Shown: piece by piece, positions 1 through 13,277 of the stretch | Position numbering within the stretch: the stretch's first letter is position 1 | Layout: each line of letters begins with the position of its first letter | DNA from: Chiloscyllium plagiosum | Lineage: Eukaryota | Reading direction: 5' to 3' | Assembly: GCF_004010195.1 (NCBI RefSeq) | Contig: NC_057755.1 | Location: 10,263,989 to 10,327,988 of the forward strand | Length of the DNA: 64,000 nt | The notes under the pieces: model-generated | Told to the model about the DNA's origin: nothing | What the model saw: only the letters and a program-made list of their open reading frames with translations | Database searches by the model: none | Made by a program: the position numbers and the translations under genes

Positions 1-319
1 AAGGCGTAAATGGCTTACTTCCATTCCTATTTCTTCTGGTCTTGTGGTGTAAAGTCATTTTCCAGCACTTGGCCCATAGCCTTGTATGATTTGACATCAC
101 AAGTGTGAATCTAACATCCTGACAAGCAGTGAGTTCCAGAGTCCCACCAGAGTCTAAGTGCAACGCTTTTACTAACTTCCCTTCTAAACGTCCTGCTCCT
201 TACTTTAAATCTATTCCCTCTTGTCATTGGTCATTCCATCAAAAGGCGTTGTTTCTTCCAGTTCTTCTTGGGTCCTTTTTTAATTTATTCCTTACACAGT
301 TCCTTCCAAACGCACAACC

Positions 320-560
320 ACTTCCATCTGAAAAACAGCAGAAGCATAGGAATGCCACCAGCTGCAACTTCCCTCCAAGCCATTCACAATCCTGAGTTCA
401 AAATATATAAACTCTGTTCCTTTACTGTCACTTGGTCAAATTCTGGAATTCCTTCCCTAAAGTGCATTGTCGGATAAGTCACAGCAAAAGGTTTGCAGCA
501 GAAGGAAGCTCGCCAACACATCAAATGGTGACGGCAACAAATACTGGCCGACGTCCTACA
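320..560 (+). mobile_element. L2/CR1-group LINE 3' tail fragment
   Basis: 'cttccctccaagccattcacaatcctga...gttcctttactgtcact' is the same tail as at 3245-3440 and 56270-56520. Confidence 0.55.
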
Positions 561-1460
561 AGGGTATACATATCGCATGCCACTCACGCATATTCAAGTG
601 CAAATCTGCATGTAGAGTGTAAATGTATGATCACTGGGACAATGTGCAGTTTCAAACATGAATCAAAGTCAAACATCTATTTTCCCAAGAAATCTTATTT
701 CACTTTTACTTAATGTTTAGACAATCTTAGGATTAATGTCGAAGGAGATGTCAGTATTTCCTTCAACTCGTACAGGAATTTACTCTGAGTAGCTGCATAG
801 ATGCATGTATTTGGTGATGAACTCAAATGCTTCAGCATATCTTTAGTTTCGGTGGCGAGATATCTAGGAGCTACGTAATCATATCTCTAATTGTTGGTGT
901 TGGTCATTCTGCTCATTAGGAAGTTTACAGCAGTTGTCATCCAGAGCAGTGTAAAGTTGCTCAATATAGTGAGGTGCAAAATGATGGTCTTCCTTCGGTT
1001 CTGAATCTCAAGGTCGCTTTGCGCTCTGCTGTCGTGACCTCTGAGATTCCTGCATACTCTGCTAGCTACGAAAATCCGAGTGGTTGTCAAAGAATTCAAC
1101 AACATGATTAAGGCAAACGGAGCATGATTCTGTGAAAGTAGGAGTAAGGTAAGGACACAGATAAAGAGCAGAAAGCTACCTTTGTCCGGCAGCCCCATTG
1201 CACATTATTAACTTTCATTCAGCTTCGGAAACAAATGCAATGGAGATATCCATTATCGTGATAAAAAAGGAGAACGCTATTACGACTATCATTACAGTTC
1301 TCACCATGGAATACTTTAATGTAACCTTTTGGTAGCATAAAGAGGCAAGTCTGTCAAATATGAAGTTGACTATGAAACAAACAGACAAATCAAGGGCAAC
1401 AACAGTTAGGTATGGAATAACCCTGAACACAACAGTGAGGTACCGGAATGAAAAAAATGT

Positions 1461-2180
1461 GCAATTTCATCAACAGATGCCGAAGGGAAAGACAACGGAA
1501 TGGAGACATGCCACAGCCCAAAGGACTAGCCACGTTACCATACATCAAGAACATTTCTGAACTGACAGCCAGACTACTGCGAACCACTAGGACTCATAAC
1601 AGCACACAAACCAACAGCCACTCTCAGACAATAACTCACCAGGACAAAGGACCAGATACCCAGCATGCGCAAAACCAACGTAGTGTACATAATCCCATGA
1701 AAGGGCTGCACAAAACACTACATAGGACAAACAGGAAGACAGCTAACGATCCGTATCCATGAACACCTACTATCCACGAAACGACACGACCAGCTATCCT
1801 TCGTAGCCACACAGGCAGATGAAAAGCAACATGAGGTCGACTGGGACAGCACTACTATTATAGGACAAGCCAAACAGAGAACAGCCAGGAAATTACTAGA
1901 GGCATGGCACTCATCCACAGATTCTATCAACAAACACATCGACCTGGACCCAATATACCGGCCAATGCAGCGGACAGCTGGAATTGACAACCGGAAGTGG
2001 GAGAGACAAACTACTATAAATGCAGGAGGAAACATCACAGAAGCAATTCACAGGAGGCTCCCAAGCACTGAGGATGTCGCCGAGACAGGGGACGAAACGA
2101 CTGCAACACAAATTCCCAGCTCGGCGAACAGAACCACAACAATGAGCACCCGAGCTACAAATCTTCTTACAAACTTTGAA
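1461..2180 (+). mobile_element. Penelope-like element, 3' fragment (GIY-YIG endonuclease plus terminal repeat)
   Basis: Frameshifted translation LATLPYIKNISE...TNVVYIIP*KGCTKHYIGQTGRQLTIRIHEH...LLEAWHSSTDSINKHIDLDPIY. Hammerhead-like core at 2068-2101. Confidence 0.9.
2068..2101 (+). ncRNA. Minimal hammerhead-ribozyme-like motif in PLE terminus (degenerate)
   Basis: CTGAGGA-T-GTCGCC-GAGACA-GGGGAC-GAAA-CG-AC matches CUGANGA / stem II / GAAA; the cleavage triplet is apparently mutated. Confidence 0.6.
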
Positions 2181-2929
2181 CAAAGTGCAATGACTTACCA
2201 GGCGGACCAATAATGGTAAGAATTGAGTAATAAATCTCCTTTATCAGAAAGTGAGCCTGTTGTCCTCTTTCAAAACAAAATTATGTACTGATTATCAGCT
2301 GAAAGACTTCACATAGTGCACAGTAGAACCAATGTCAGAAAACCGACATTTATGCACAAATCAACCCTCCGTAGTTTCAATCGGTTCACAGTCAATGAAC
2401 AAACGATTTTAACATAGATGCCTCTTGTGAGCCAACGTATTAAGAAAAGGAGAAAAATTGTTTATTTGACTGTGATATTTATTTTTAAAAAGCGCAATCT
2501 CATTCAAACTTATCAACATAATTGGAAGTTGATATGCTCCATGTTGGCGCTGAATATTCCGCTGGAAAGCAGGTAATAGCAGACCACCATGCACAATAGA
2601 TCACAACACAGCCCTGGATTGAATCCAATTCGTCAACATTTTGTCGAATTGGAGTAAGTCCGGTCTTCCAGCATAAGAGATAGATGCAGCCTTGCTCATG
2701 CTTTTGGCTGTCCTGATGTATCCTAAATGAGACCAAGTAGTGTTCTTCTTTGGTCTCCATTCATATTGACATCAACATTGATTTTGCTTCAAAAGTGTCA
2801 CATAATCAATGTAATTGCTGCTCACCAAAATCAATCTGCTGCCCTGAATTGGACTCCTCATATACTTACAGTGGTTATAAGGGTATCTCAGAGGCAAAAA
2901 TCCTGCAGTGATTAACTCACATCCTGACT

Positions 2930-3450
2930 CCCTAAAGCCTGTCCACCATCTACAAGGCACACGTCAGGAGTGTGATAGGATACTGCCAAATTACCTGGAC
3001 GGATGTAGCTGCAACAACACTCGAGACACTTGACACCACCTGGACAAAGCGGCCAACATGATTGGCACCACAGTCGCAAATATCCCCTCCCTCCTCCACT
3101 GAAGATCTGTAGCAGCAGTATATACCGTCCACAACACGCTCTGCAGAAACTCATCAAACATCCTCAGTATCTGCAAAACTATAATCCCTTCTGTCTTGAA
3201 AGAAAATAGCGAATACGTGGGAACATGACCACCTTGGATTTCGTCCTTCCCCCTCAAACCACTCACCGTTCTGATTTGCAAATGCACTGTTCTTTCAGTG
3301 TCACTGGGTCAAATTATTGCAACAGCCTCTCTAAAAGTATTGTGGTGTACCTACACCAGATAAACTGCAGTGGTTTATGAGAATAGCTCACCATTACCTT
3401 CTGAAGGGCGATGAGGGACAGACAATAAGTGCTGGCCGAGAAAGAATCAC
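2930..3450 (+). mobile_element. L2/CR1-group LINE, C-terminal ORF2 plus 3' tail
   Basis: TIYKAHVRSVIGYCQITWTDVAATTLETLD resembles the LINE ORF2 C-terminal 'YKAxVRSxMEY' motif; the tail ends 'caataagtgctggcc'. Confidence 0.7.
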
Positions 3451-4489
3451 CCACATCACGAAACTAAAAAAAAAATTGTCATCACATCTACCTAAAGGTT
3501 CATTAATTCATTGTGTCATATTATGCAATAAACTAGGATTGACAATAAAATATGATTTATTCTTTTCATTTCACATGTAAATTAAGAACTCTCGTGAATG
3601 TTGCATTATGACAGCTCTCAATGTTTTTATTTCTGCTATACATCTTCATATATTTTAGTCACTGTGCAGTCCATCATACCCAGTAGTGGTTTATTTCGCT
3701 TACACGTCCTCATCTCCACCCAAACTAATTCTACATCCTAATCGCCTGAGCCAAGTGCATCCCTGAATATTGCTCGAAAACTAATTTTGATGATGATGAG
3801 ACTAACGTCTATTAAAATATTTGTGAACGTTAATAATCCTTGAATATTCAGAACACATTTATTTTAATCTTGCAGCCAAGTTTCCGTATTGCCTTCAAAA
3901 TCATTTTAATCAATTTCAGTGCACGTTATAAGCCATGAAATTCTTTGTCAAATGAAGGTGCATTGAAACAATGAGCTTTTATAATCTATTCCATCTCCAC
4001 AGTATCTTAACTCTGTAGTATCTGGGTCTTGATTGCAGGTACAATTTCAGGTACTTTTCTGTCTGCCCCGTTCTGTCATTCTCTGACCTACATTTGCCAC
4101 ATCAGTATTTTGTTCTCCTGACTCAACTCAATTCCTTCATTTGTGACCTTGACCTAATCTTCCATTCTCATTTTCTAAAATTTGTTTAAAACTGTCTCTA
4201 TTTCATTTCCTAGCTGGCTTGCGGGAGCAACAGTCCCATGCAGTTTTGTCAGAGCAGCTGTCAGTGCCTCACGAAACAGAACATACTTCTCTTACATCAG
4301 ACATGAAGCCACGCAATCAAATCGATGCACACGTCCAATTTCTGCCACATTTCAGATGGCTGAGCTCGTAATCCCGATAGGACACCCTTTATACATTCTC
4401 CTTTCTAATGTAGCACTGACATTTCCATACAAGCCTCAGCACAATCTCTTCTCTAGTTATTCCCGACGAGCTGGATCAGACTTTTACAG

Positions 4490-5490
4490 TGATCACGGAT
4501 ACTACACCTTGTCACTGCATGGGCTTTTGTAACCCAGAGTCGACGTCCCCTGTCCATTGGCGCAGACCACGATCATACTGTCGTCGCCTGAGAGCACACT
4601 GCTCGCTGCAGAGAACAGCATCGAGGCCATTCTACATACTATCCCACATTGACACTATTTTTATCTTCACGCTCACTCCCAAATGAGTTATTGTGCTATG
4701 GTGCCACATCAAATTCAATCATCCATACTGTAACCATCCCTCTCATCCCAACGAGCCGAATAAAGCTCAAAAACTTTGGACAATTGTAAAACCATATGCC
4801 GCCATCCACTGAGCCTTTCACCTGTCCCACATTGATGTCACTCTGCTCTGATACTGCTGACATATTTGTTGATGACACCGTGGTAATGAGTCGTATCTTA
4901 AACAATGATGGGAGGGAGTATTGTAAGGAGATCGAGAGCGTAGTGTCATAGCTTAACGAACTATCTCCCCCTTTATGTTAGTGATATGAAACAGCTTGTC
5001 TTTGACATTAATACGCCTAGAGGAGGACACATCTCTGTCAGGGCCATTAATGATGAAGTGGAGATGCTTGTGAGCTTCAATATCCCAAAGAGCATATATC
5101 ACTAACTACCTATCCTGGTCCTTCTAACGCTATGGTCAAGAAAGCACAACAACACCTGCACTTCCTCGGAAAGTCCAGCAAATTCAGCATGTGTGTCGTG
5201 GCTCTTACAACTTTTTTAAAATGCACCACAGAAATGATCTTATCTAGATGCATCACAGTGTGGTTTGGTAACTGGTTTGCACAAGACCACAAAAAAATTA
5301 CAAGAGAGTTTTAAACAGCCGTGTTCGTCACACAACGCAGCATTCCATCAATTGACTCTTATCTACATTTCCCATTGCCTTGCTAAAATAGCCAACATTA
5401 TCAAAGGCACTTGCCACCCTCGCTATAAACTCTTTCAAGCTCTCCCATTGATCGGAAGATAGAAAAGTTCGAAAACCCATACAAACATAT
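4490..5490 (+). mobile_element. Degenerate non-LTR retrotransposon RT/3' region (Rex1/Babar-like)
   Basis: IFVDDTVVMSRILNNDGREYCKEIE (FADD motif) and MVKKAQQHLHFL...ILSRCITVWFGN. Confidence 0.7.
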
Positions 5491-8400
5491 TTAATACTTC
5501 TATATTAGAGTTGCACCTTCTTTTAGGTATACAAAAGCGATCTGCATTCAGCTCTATTACCACGAAGTATCGATGGAAGGTATTGTTTGCATCTTGTGAC
5601 AATATAATGGCTTTCAGAAGTGCACATTATGATTTCTTTCCTCAAAAGATTTTTTTATGATGACAGAGTCACGGAGCTGTCTGTTTGACTATAATAAAGT
5701 GAGACATTCTTCAGATCTTCGGGTGTGTTTAAAATTTGGAACAATAAAAGTAGCATGAAAAAATGGAGTCCAACTCCCCCACAGCCAGGAATTTCAGTTT
5801 AATTATTCAGCAGTTGTTCCTGTTGGGGTCTTGAACCTGGGTTTGGAAGATGCAGTCTACGTCTCCCTGTTACTCTCTACGTCAGTATTTTCTGTTGAAT
5901 TTATCTATTTTATTGAATTTGACTTTTTCAAGGATGTGTTCATGGGACGTTGCAGTATTGGATAGCTATTATTTAGAGTTGAATAAACCCTTCTTTTGTT
6001 AAGATTACCAATAAAATAAAATTATTCCAATTGTTTCTTTTGTTGTATTTTAACTGAAGTGCATGATTTGTCTGGAACTTGCTTTAAAAATAATTTTAAA
6101 ATTTGAGTCTCGGCTATCTCCTTAATTTATTTTTAGGTGGTTTGAGCTGCTACCTATAAGGCTTGGGACTCTTGTTGTGATCAAATGCCCCAGTTCGAGG
6201 GTTTACAATTATTGGACTTAAAAACAGTGAGTATAAAGTGTTACTTTAGGATTTAAATTCGGTTGGTTTAAACAGATATGTCATGTGTAATCATGGCTTT
6301 TTCAGTAACTGAGTTTCTTGTGAGTGGAAGAATTCTGTTACGGTATTATAGAGAAAGTGAGCATTGCAAAGCTTTTGGCATTAGCAAACAAGCTGAAGAT
6401 GGGGGTTCCCTACGCCTGTGAGGAAGGAAGTGATGGTTGTGGCAATCCCGCAGCAAGTACATTCGCCAGGAATACCATCATAATATTTGGATTGGCAGAA
6501 TTGAATTACAAATGAATCAGTTTGAGATAGCGGCATAGTCAAAGGTAAAAGAAAAAGACAGAATAATTCTGGCTGAGCAAATAGCAAGGCAATGGAAATG
6601 AAACAATTCGAAAATATGGTTAAAAACAGAGGGAAAGCAAATGAAAGGCAGACCCTGGATGAAGAACGGGAGGAAGTGAGGGAAGTGCGGGAGAATAATT
6701 GGCTTTTGAACATCTGTGTTTGGAACTGAAAGCTCATATTCGATTCAAAGTGGGGAACTTTGATTCATCTAACACTTTCCCAACAACCCCTCCGTGCCTT
6801 ACCTCTAACCCCCATTTATCTCTCATTCCCCTTTCCCCTGCACATTCCTGATGAAGGGCTTATGCTTAATGGTCGACTCTCCTTCTCCTCGGATCAGCCT
6901 GACTTGCTGTACCATTCTAATTTAAAATCGTGCAGGTGCAGTTGAAATGACGGAGTAGTGAGGAGGATAGTGATGGAGGCCAGTCGTATTGCAGCCAAAA
7001 GCTGAATGGGGATGTGTTTCAATATGCCCAAGAGTTACCTCAGATCAATGAGAAGGATATTGAAGCTTCTTTTTCTATTTCAATTCAGAAAGTCGATAAA
7101 TAAATGAAATGATCGGTGACGATGTGAGTATTGTTGGTGCAAACAAATTTGTTAGGTGGAGCTAGTGATGTATTTACATCACAACCATCACAATCAGGCG
7201 AGTATGAGGAGGTAAAGAAATGCATGTATGAGGAGATAGAGAAGGGCATATGCCTATTGGCCATATTTTAGGAATCTAAGAGCGCACTTGGTCAAACGAG
7301 CATGCAGTTTGAATGGCTCAAATAAAGTATCCTTGATAGGTGGATATGGAAGTAGTTCAAATGTATGACTCTAGTACAGAGATTATTATTTTAGAGTAGT
7401 TCAAAATTTAATTTCGAAAGGTTGTGAGAGCTCATGTGGCAGAGCAGAGAGTTAAGACAACAAGATTAGCCGCAGAAATGGCAGATGCTTGTGAGTTGGT
7501 TCGTAAACCAAAGGTTGGCTTCCAACCGCAATTTCAATCTCTTAGTGATAGAAACTCGTGAACAGAGAAATCCGCAGGTGGTAAGGCAAAAGGAAATCTC
7601 AATGCAGATGTTAAAAATAGTTTACCAAGGGGTAAAATGGAAACCCATGAGGGGGAATGAGAAGTGGAAAAAGCTCAGATTTTCTCACTGTCAAGATGTA
7701 GGGAACATAAATCACCATATTTGTCTGTTAGGAAAAAAGAACTGGGAAGACGGATATGGATAAAAAAAATGGATACCCCGGTGAGTGTTGTTCAAGTGGT
7801 AAAGGAAAGCGTAGTCACAGACATAACGCTGTGAAAAAATGCAAAACCTGTTCAGGATTTGTTTGACAGGAAAGTGCTAGATTTGTTTAAATGACTTACT
7901 TGCATGGTTAAGGCTGACTCATGTATGGCAGAAGGAGCAGTTGAAGATATTAAGATTTTAATCGATATAAAAGCACGTGAAAGATGGGAAGGTATGTTAT
8001 TCAGAAGGAATATTGCTAGAAAATGTGGTAATATGTGGAAGTCATGTTTCGAAGAGAACTTATCCATTGTGTAAAGTGAGATTAAATTGTCTGGTGAGCA
8101 ATGGTGAAGTGATGCTCAGGGTTGGAAAAAATTCTCTGTTCCAGGCATGCAGTTTATTCTTTGTAAAGAAAGAGCTCGATCACAGATGAGAGTGAGGCCT
8201 ACTCTTGTTGAAAAGCCGGTTCATAATCAAACAACTGTGAATTCCAATAAGGATACCTTGGGAGCTTTCCTGACTGTGTGGTTTTAAAAAAAAGTCGCAA
8301 AGCCAGAGGTGGAAACAGGACAGCAAAATCAAAGGATAAAGATACGGAAGTTGGAAGGCAGGAATGGTTGTTGTATGTTCCAGAGTTCAGATTATTCAAA

Positions 8401-8954
8401 ATGAATGGGGGGGGGGGGGGGGGTGAGAGGTAAAAGAGGTGAAGAAGTGACATTGCTAATCAGGGACAGTAGCACATCTGCAGAAAGGAAGGTCATCTAC
8501 CGAGTCAGTATGCGTGAACGTCAGAAGCAGGAAAGGAACAGCCACTTTATTTGGAATTTTCTACAAACGCCCAATAGCAACAGAGACATGGAGGCGCAGA
8601 TTTGGAAAGGTGCAGAAGTAACAGAGTTGTTGCCTTGGGTGACTTTAACTTACTTAATATTGATTGTAACCTTCTGAGTTCAAGTAGTTGGGATGGAGCA
8701 GTTTTTGTCAGGTGTGTCCGGGAATGGTGCCTGATTTAATAGGCAGATAAGCAGACTAGAGGAGGAGACCATATTGGATTTAATGCTTAGCAAGGAACCA
8801 TGCCAGGTGTCGGATCTCTCGTTGGGAAACATTTCAGCAATAGCATTCACAACTACCTCACCTTTAATATACTAATGGAGACGGTTCGGAGCACATTGTA
8901 TGAGGAAGTATTTAATTATGGGAAGAGGAATAACAATGCTAATAGGAAGCAAAA

Positions 8955-9260
8955 TGAACGCCTGAAGTGTGGATGTCGTTTTGCTCGCTGAGCTGGGAGG
9001 TTCATATCTAGAAGTTACGTCATCATACTAGATAAGATCTTCAGTGGGCCTCAGGCAAAGGGTGTACATGATTTCTGCTTTGTATTTATATTTTAGTGTT
9101 TCATTGGTTGGCAATGTAATTTCTTATGGTGATGTCATTTCCTGTTCTTTTTCTCGGGATGTGGTAGGTGGGGACTAAGTCGATGTATTTGTTGATAGAG
9201 TTCCGGTTGGAATGCCACTCTTCTAGGAATTCTCTTGCGTGTCTCTGTTTGGCTTGTCAT
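8955..9260 (-). mobile_element. Penelope-like 3' fragment nested in CR1
   Basis: Minus strand reads KQRHAREFLEEWHSNRNSINKYIDL, homologous to 1870-1950; degenerate CTGAAGA core near 9045. Confidence 0.75.
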
Positions 9261-9719
9261 AAGGGAACTGCATGACAGAAATATGGAGGTTGTTCAGGAA
9301 GCGCTTGCTGATAGTGTTGGACAGGTTTGTCCCACTGAGGCAAGGAAAGAATTTTAGGTTGACAGAACGTTGAGTGACAAGAGATGTGGAGCATCTAGTC
9401 TAAAGAAAGAAGGAACCTTAGTGTTGAGGTAGCAAGGATCGGATAGGGCTCTAATGTTTACGGGTTAGACAGGAAGGAACTGAGGAATTGACTTAGGAGA
9501 GCTAGAGGGCGGGAACGAGAAGCGTCAGAAGGTAAGACTATGGAAAGCTCCAAGGCGTTCTCCACTCATGTGGGAAAGAAAAGAATAGCCAGAGTGAGGG
9601 TAAGGTTGATCAGGGATACGGGAGGGAACTTGTCTCTGGAGTCAGAGAAGGTAGGGGATGTCCTTAATGCGTTTTTTGCATCAGACAGTTGTGCTGAAAA
9701 TGCTGAAACACATGTTTTC

Positions 9720-10040
9720 GGCGGCACAGTGGCTCAGTAGTTAGCATTGCTTCCTCACAGCGCCAGGAATCTGCGTGGAGTTTACACATTCTCTCTGAAT
9801 CTGCATGTTATTCATCCAGGTGCGCTGGTTTCCTCCTACAATCCAAAGATGTGTACGTTCGGTGAATTGACCATGCTAATTTGCTCATAGTGTTCAGGGA
9901 TGTGTAGATTAGGATTTAATCAAGGGTAAATATAGAATAATAGTGCAAGGGAATGGGTCTGGGTGCATTGCTGTTCAGGGGGTCAGGGTGGATTTGTTCA
10001 GCCGAAGTGTGTGTTTCCACATTGTAGGCGTTCTTTGATT
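9720..10040 (+). mobile_element. HE1-like tRNA-derived SINE
   Basis: Head 'gcggcacagtggctcagtagttagcattgcttcctcacagcgccagg', core 'ggtttcctcctacaatccaaagatgtg', CR1-like tail. Confidence 0.8.
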
Positions 10041-11909
10041 CAATTCTGTAAGGATAGATGCATCCCCTGGCCACAAATGGTACAACTGGCTTTTTAAAGG
10101 AAGCGAGAGAAGAGACTTTTGTGCCTTTGGCAATGATCTTTTCCTCCTCACGGTCCACAGGAGTAGTGCCTGATGATTGCAGGTTGGCAAATGCTATTCC
10201 CTTGTTCAAGAGGGGAATAAGGATAATCCTGGGAATTACAGACGAGGCAGTCTTACATCTGTGGTGGGCAACGTATTGCAACGCCTTCTCAGAGACAAGG
10301 CTGGAAAACAATAGTTTGATTAGGGATATTCAGCATGGTTTTGTGCAGGGCAGGTCATGCCTCACAAACGTTTTTGAATTATTTGAAGATATGACAAAAC
10401 ACATTGATCAAGGTAGAGCAGTAGAGCAATGGATAGAGTGTATATGGATTTTATCAAGGCTTTTGATAAGGTTTCTCATGGTACACTCAATCAGAAAAAA
10501 AAGAGGCATGGGATACTGGGAAATCTGACTGTCTCAATACAGATTTGGCTGATCGCGAGCGGTGGTAGCTGGAATGTGTTCTGCCTGGAGTTTGGTGACT
10601 AATGGTGTTCTGCAGGGATTGGTCCTGGGACATTTGCTCCTTATTATTTTTATAAATGACTTGAATGAGGAAGCGAATGGACAGATTAGAAAGTCTGCTG
10701 ATGACATGAAGTTTGATGTCGTTGTGCACGGCTGGTGGATGGCTGGTGTAGGTTGCAACGGGATATTGACAGGATGCAGAACTGGGTTGATAATTGGCAG
10801 ATGGAGTCCAACCTGGAAATGTATAAAGTGATTCATTTTGGAAGTTTCGATTTGAATGCAGATTACAGGGTTAAAGGGAAAATGTGTGGCAGAGGAACGG
10901 AGGGATATTGGGGTCCAAGAGTATAGATCTTCAAAATTTTCCAACCAAGTTGATGAGGTTTTTAGAAGGAAAATGTTGCAGAGGCTTTCATTAGCAGGGG
11001 AATTGAGTTTAAGAGTCATACATTGATGCGGCATCTCTTTTTGTCCGGGTTAAGATACTCTTGTAAGATTGTGTTCAGTTCTGTTTGCCTCATTATTGGA
11101 AAGATGTGGAAGTTTTAGAAGGGATGCAGAGGTCATTTAGCTGGATGCTTCCTGGACTAGAGGGCATGTATTATGAAGACTTTTTTTAAGGAGCTGGAGT
11201 TTTCTTATTGGAGCAAAGCAGGATGACTGGTGACTTGATAGAGGTTTATTAAGATGATACGAAGCATAGAGTGGGTAACTACAACCTTTTGTTCCTAGAT
11301 TGGAAATGGCTATCACAAGGGGGCATAATTTTAAGTTTATTGGAACATGGTTTATGGGAAAGCTCAGAGGTGGCTTCTTTAAAAAGAGTGTAATGGGTGC
11401 ATGGAATGTACTGCCAGCAGTGGAAAAAGAGTTAGATATATTATGGACATTTAAGTGAGTTTTGGATAGGCACATGGAAGATAGTACAACGAAGGTTATT
11501 TTGGTTAGTCTGATCTTAGAGTAGGAAAAAAGGTCGGCACAGCATCAAGGGTCAAAGAGCTCCTGTACTGTGTTGTACTGTTCTATGTTCTCTGCTCCAT
11601 GAAGATGAAGATCAATCATTAGAAACTATGTTTGATCAAATGGTTGAAAGAAAAACAAGAAAAGTTAATAGATATTTTTCATCGGTATTTTTAGTTCAGA
11701 GAAATGTTCCAAATTACAACAGAGAAATGAAAATAAAAAACAAATGGTTGCATCCAAAAGCCTTCACGCAAGCATTTCCGAATGTTATGATCTGAAAAAG
11801 TATGTTTTCATGAGGAATTAGAGACCATCGTATATTCAGATGATTAAGAAATGGCCAGTTTCATCAATTTGGATATCTGGTGGGTTATTAAAAGGAGGTT
11901 ACTAATATC

Positions 11910-12360
11910 CAGCCCTGATGAAGGGTTTTTGCCTGATCGTCGATTTTCCTACTCCCCGAATGCGACCTGACCTAATATGCTTTTCCAGCACCTCTCGAAT
12001 CTAGAACTCTGATTTCCAACATCTGCAGTCCTCATATTTGCCTATTAAAAGGAGGTGTTGTGGGTAGCAATTGCATTACCAAATGGAGCACTCCAAATCG
12101 ACACCATCCTCTTGTCCTGTTCTACATTTCGATCTTCCTTCTCATCCATCTGCTCCACCTCCACGCTGACCTATCACAATAACCCCAATCTGCATCCACC
12201 TATCCCCTTCCCACCGATCTTCCCCCCAGTCCTACCTCGACTTCTCTATTTCTCTACCCCGTTTCCCCTCCACGTTCCTGATGAAGGGGTTATGCCCGAA
12301 CCATCAACTCTCCTGCTCTTTGGATCTGGCCTGACCTGCTGTGCCTTTGTTTTCATCTCT
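11910..12360 (+). mobile_element. Two short PLE-derived terminal-repeat elements
   Basis: 'cctgatgaagggtttttgcctga...ttttccagcacc' near 11913 and 'cctgatgaaggggttatgcccgaa' near 12277; same family as 50925-51170. Confidence 0.7.
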
Positions 12361-12689
12361 GAAGTTTAGAAATGTGGGTTGCTCCATTAACTGACTTGAT
12401 TAAGTGCAGAAACTTTAAGTGAATGGAGAAATGTCAGAAGCTATATTCACAATTTCCCCATTGTTACCCACACTTAATTATGCAAGATGTCTATTTATGC
12501 GTGTCATATGAGTTGTTGCAGTAGTATTGCAAGAAGACAACAAGAGTAAAAAAAAATCGTTCTGGATTTTTTTTCCAGAAAATTGAATGATCATAAGGAA
12601 TACTCACTGATTGAGAAGGATGCGTTGAACCAAAGAAATTCAAAATTTATAAAGCCATTAATGTGTCTAAGATATTTGTGTCTGCTAAT

Positions 12690-13277
12690 TGTGACAGTGC
12701 TGCTCCTTTCACAATGTTCATTTTGTCCTGAAACATTTTTTCAGCGGGGTTGTAAAGGCAGAGGTTCTGATATTTCTTGAAACGTCTCAATAAGGAAGCG
12801 TTTAAGTGTGTTATTTAACTTTTACCATGAAAATAGAGTGGCCAAATCCCCAGTTCAGGGCTTGGCTTGGTTTGATGTTACCTAACTTTTTTGTAGCTGG
12901 TGGTCAGGTTTTAGCTTGAAACACAGAGAAGCTGCTCGGGACACAGATAAGCAGTTCCAGGCCGACTCTCTCCCTCTCTAACATCTGTCCTATGCAACCA
13001 ATTGTTCGATTTCACCTTTTTACCAAGAGTTGTTTATGAGATTTCATAGGCATTTGGAACATCATCATTAAGTTGTCTTTTCATGAGTTTTGAAATACTG
13101 TGAAGTTTTATTATTGTAAATTCGGTTTTCTGTTGTTAGTATGCAAATAAATTCTGTTTAGTTTAAATATGGGTATTTTGATCAGCTGTATCACTCCTGG
13201 AATAGCCACAATACGCCTGCTTAAAACAATAACTAAATTTGAAATGTTTTAAAGGGGTCTGGCTTGTCCCATAAACA
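12690..13277 (+). mobile_element. Solo Gypsy LTR (same family as 40291-40899)
   Basis: 'tgtgacagtgctgctccttt...ggggtctggcttgtcccataaaca' matches the termini of the 40291 LTR. Confidence 0.75.

Larger units (their letters stand above)
710..2268 (-). pseudogene. GPR139-like orphan class A GPCR pseudogene (two-exon; disrupted by a PLE insertion with deletion)
   Basis: Exon 1 at 2268-2199 reads (R)GQQAHFLIKEIYYSILTIIGPP followed by the donor G|GTAAGT; no ATG (AGA at the expected start). The exon 2 remnant 1460-710 gives DLSVCFIVNFIFDRLASLCYQK (TM3/FDR), PFALIMLLNSLTTTRIFVASRV, DLEIQNRRKTIILHLTILSNFTLLWMT and LATETKDMLKHLSSSPNTCIYAATQSKF...RLSKH*. Stops at 1215-1217 and 887-889 and a frameshift near 1200. 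Confidence 0.88.
8370..11590 (+). mobile_element. CR1/HER1-type LINE ORF2 (EN-RT-3' tail), inactivated, nested in Gypsy
   Basis: WLLYVPEFR..KRGEEVTLLIRD (EN), DCRLANAIPLFKRG, QHGFVQGRSCLTN, GVLQGLVLGHLL..INDL, KSADDMKF, and the tail 'tgtactgtgttgtactgttctatgttct'. Confidence 0.9.

Noticed and set aside
8408..8423. Poly-G run as a regulatory G-quadruplex
   Set aside because: Homopolymer expansion within a G-rich part of the CR1 endonuclease region; no further support.
9720..9790. tRNA gene
   Set aside because: tRNA-like head of a SINE with an incomplete cloverleaf, followed by SINE core.
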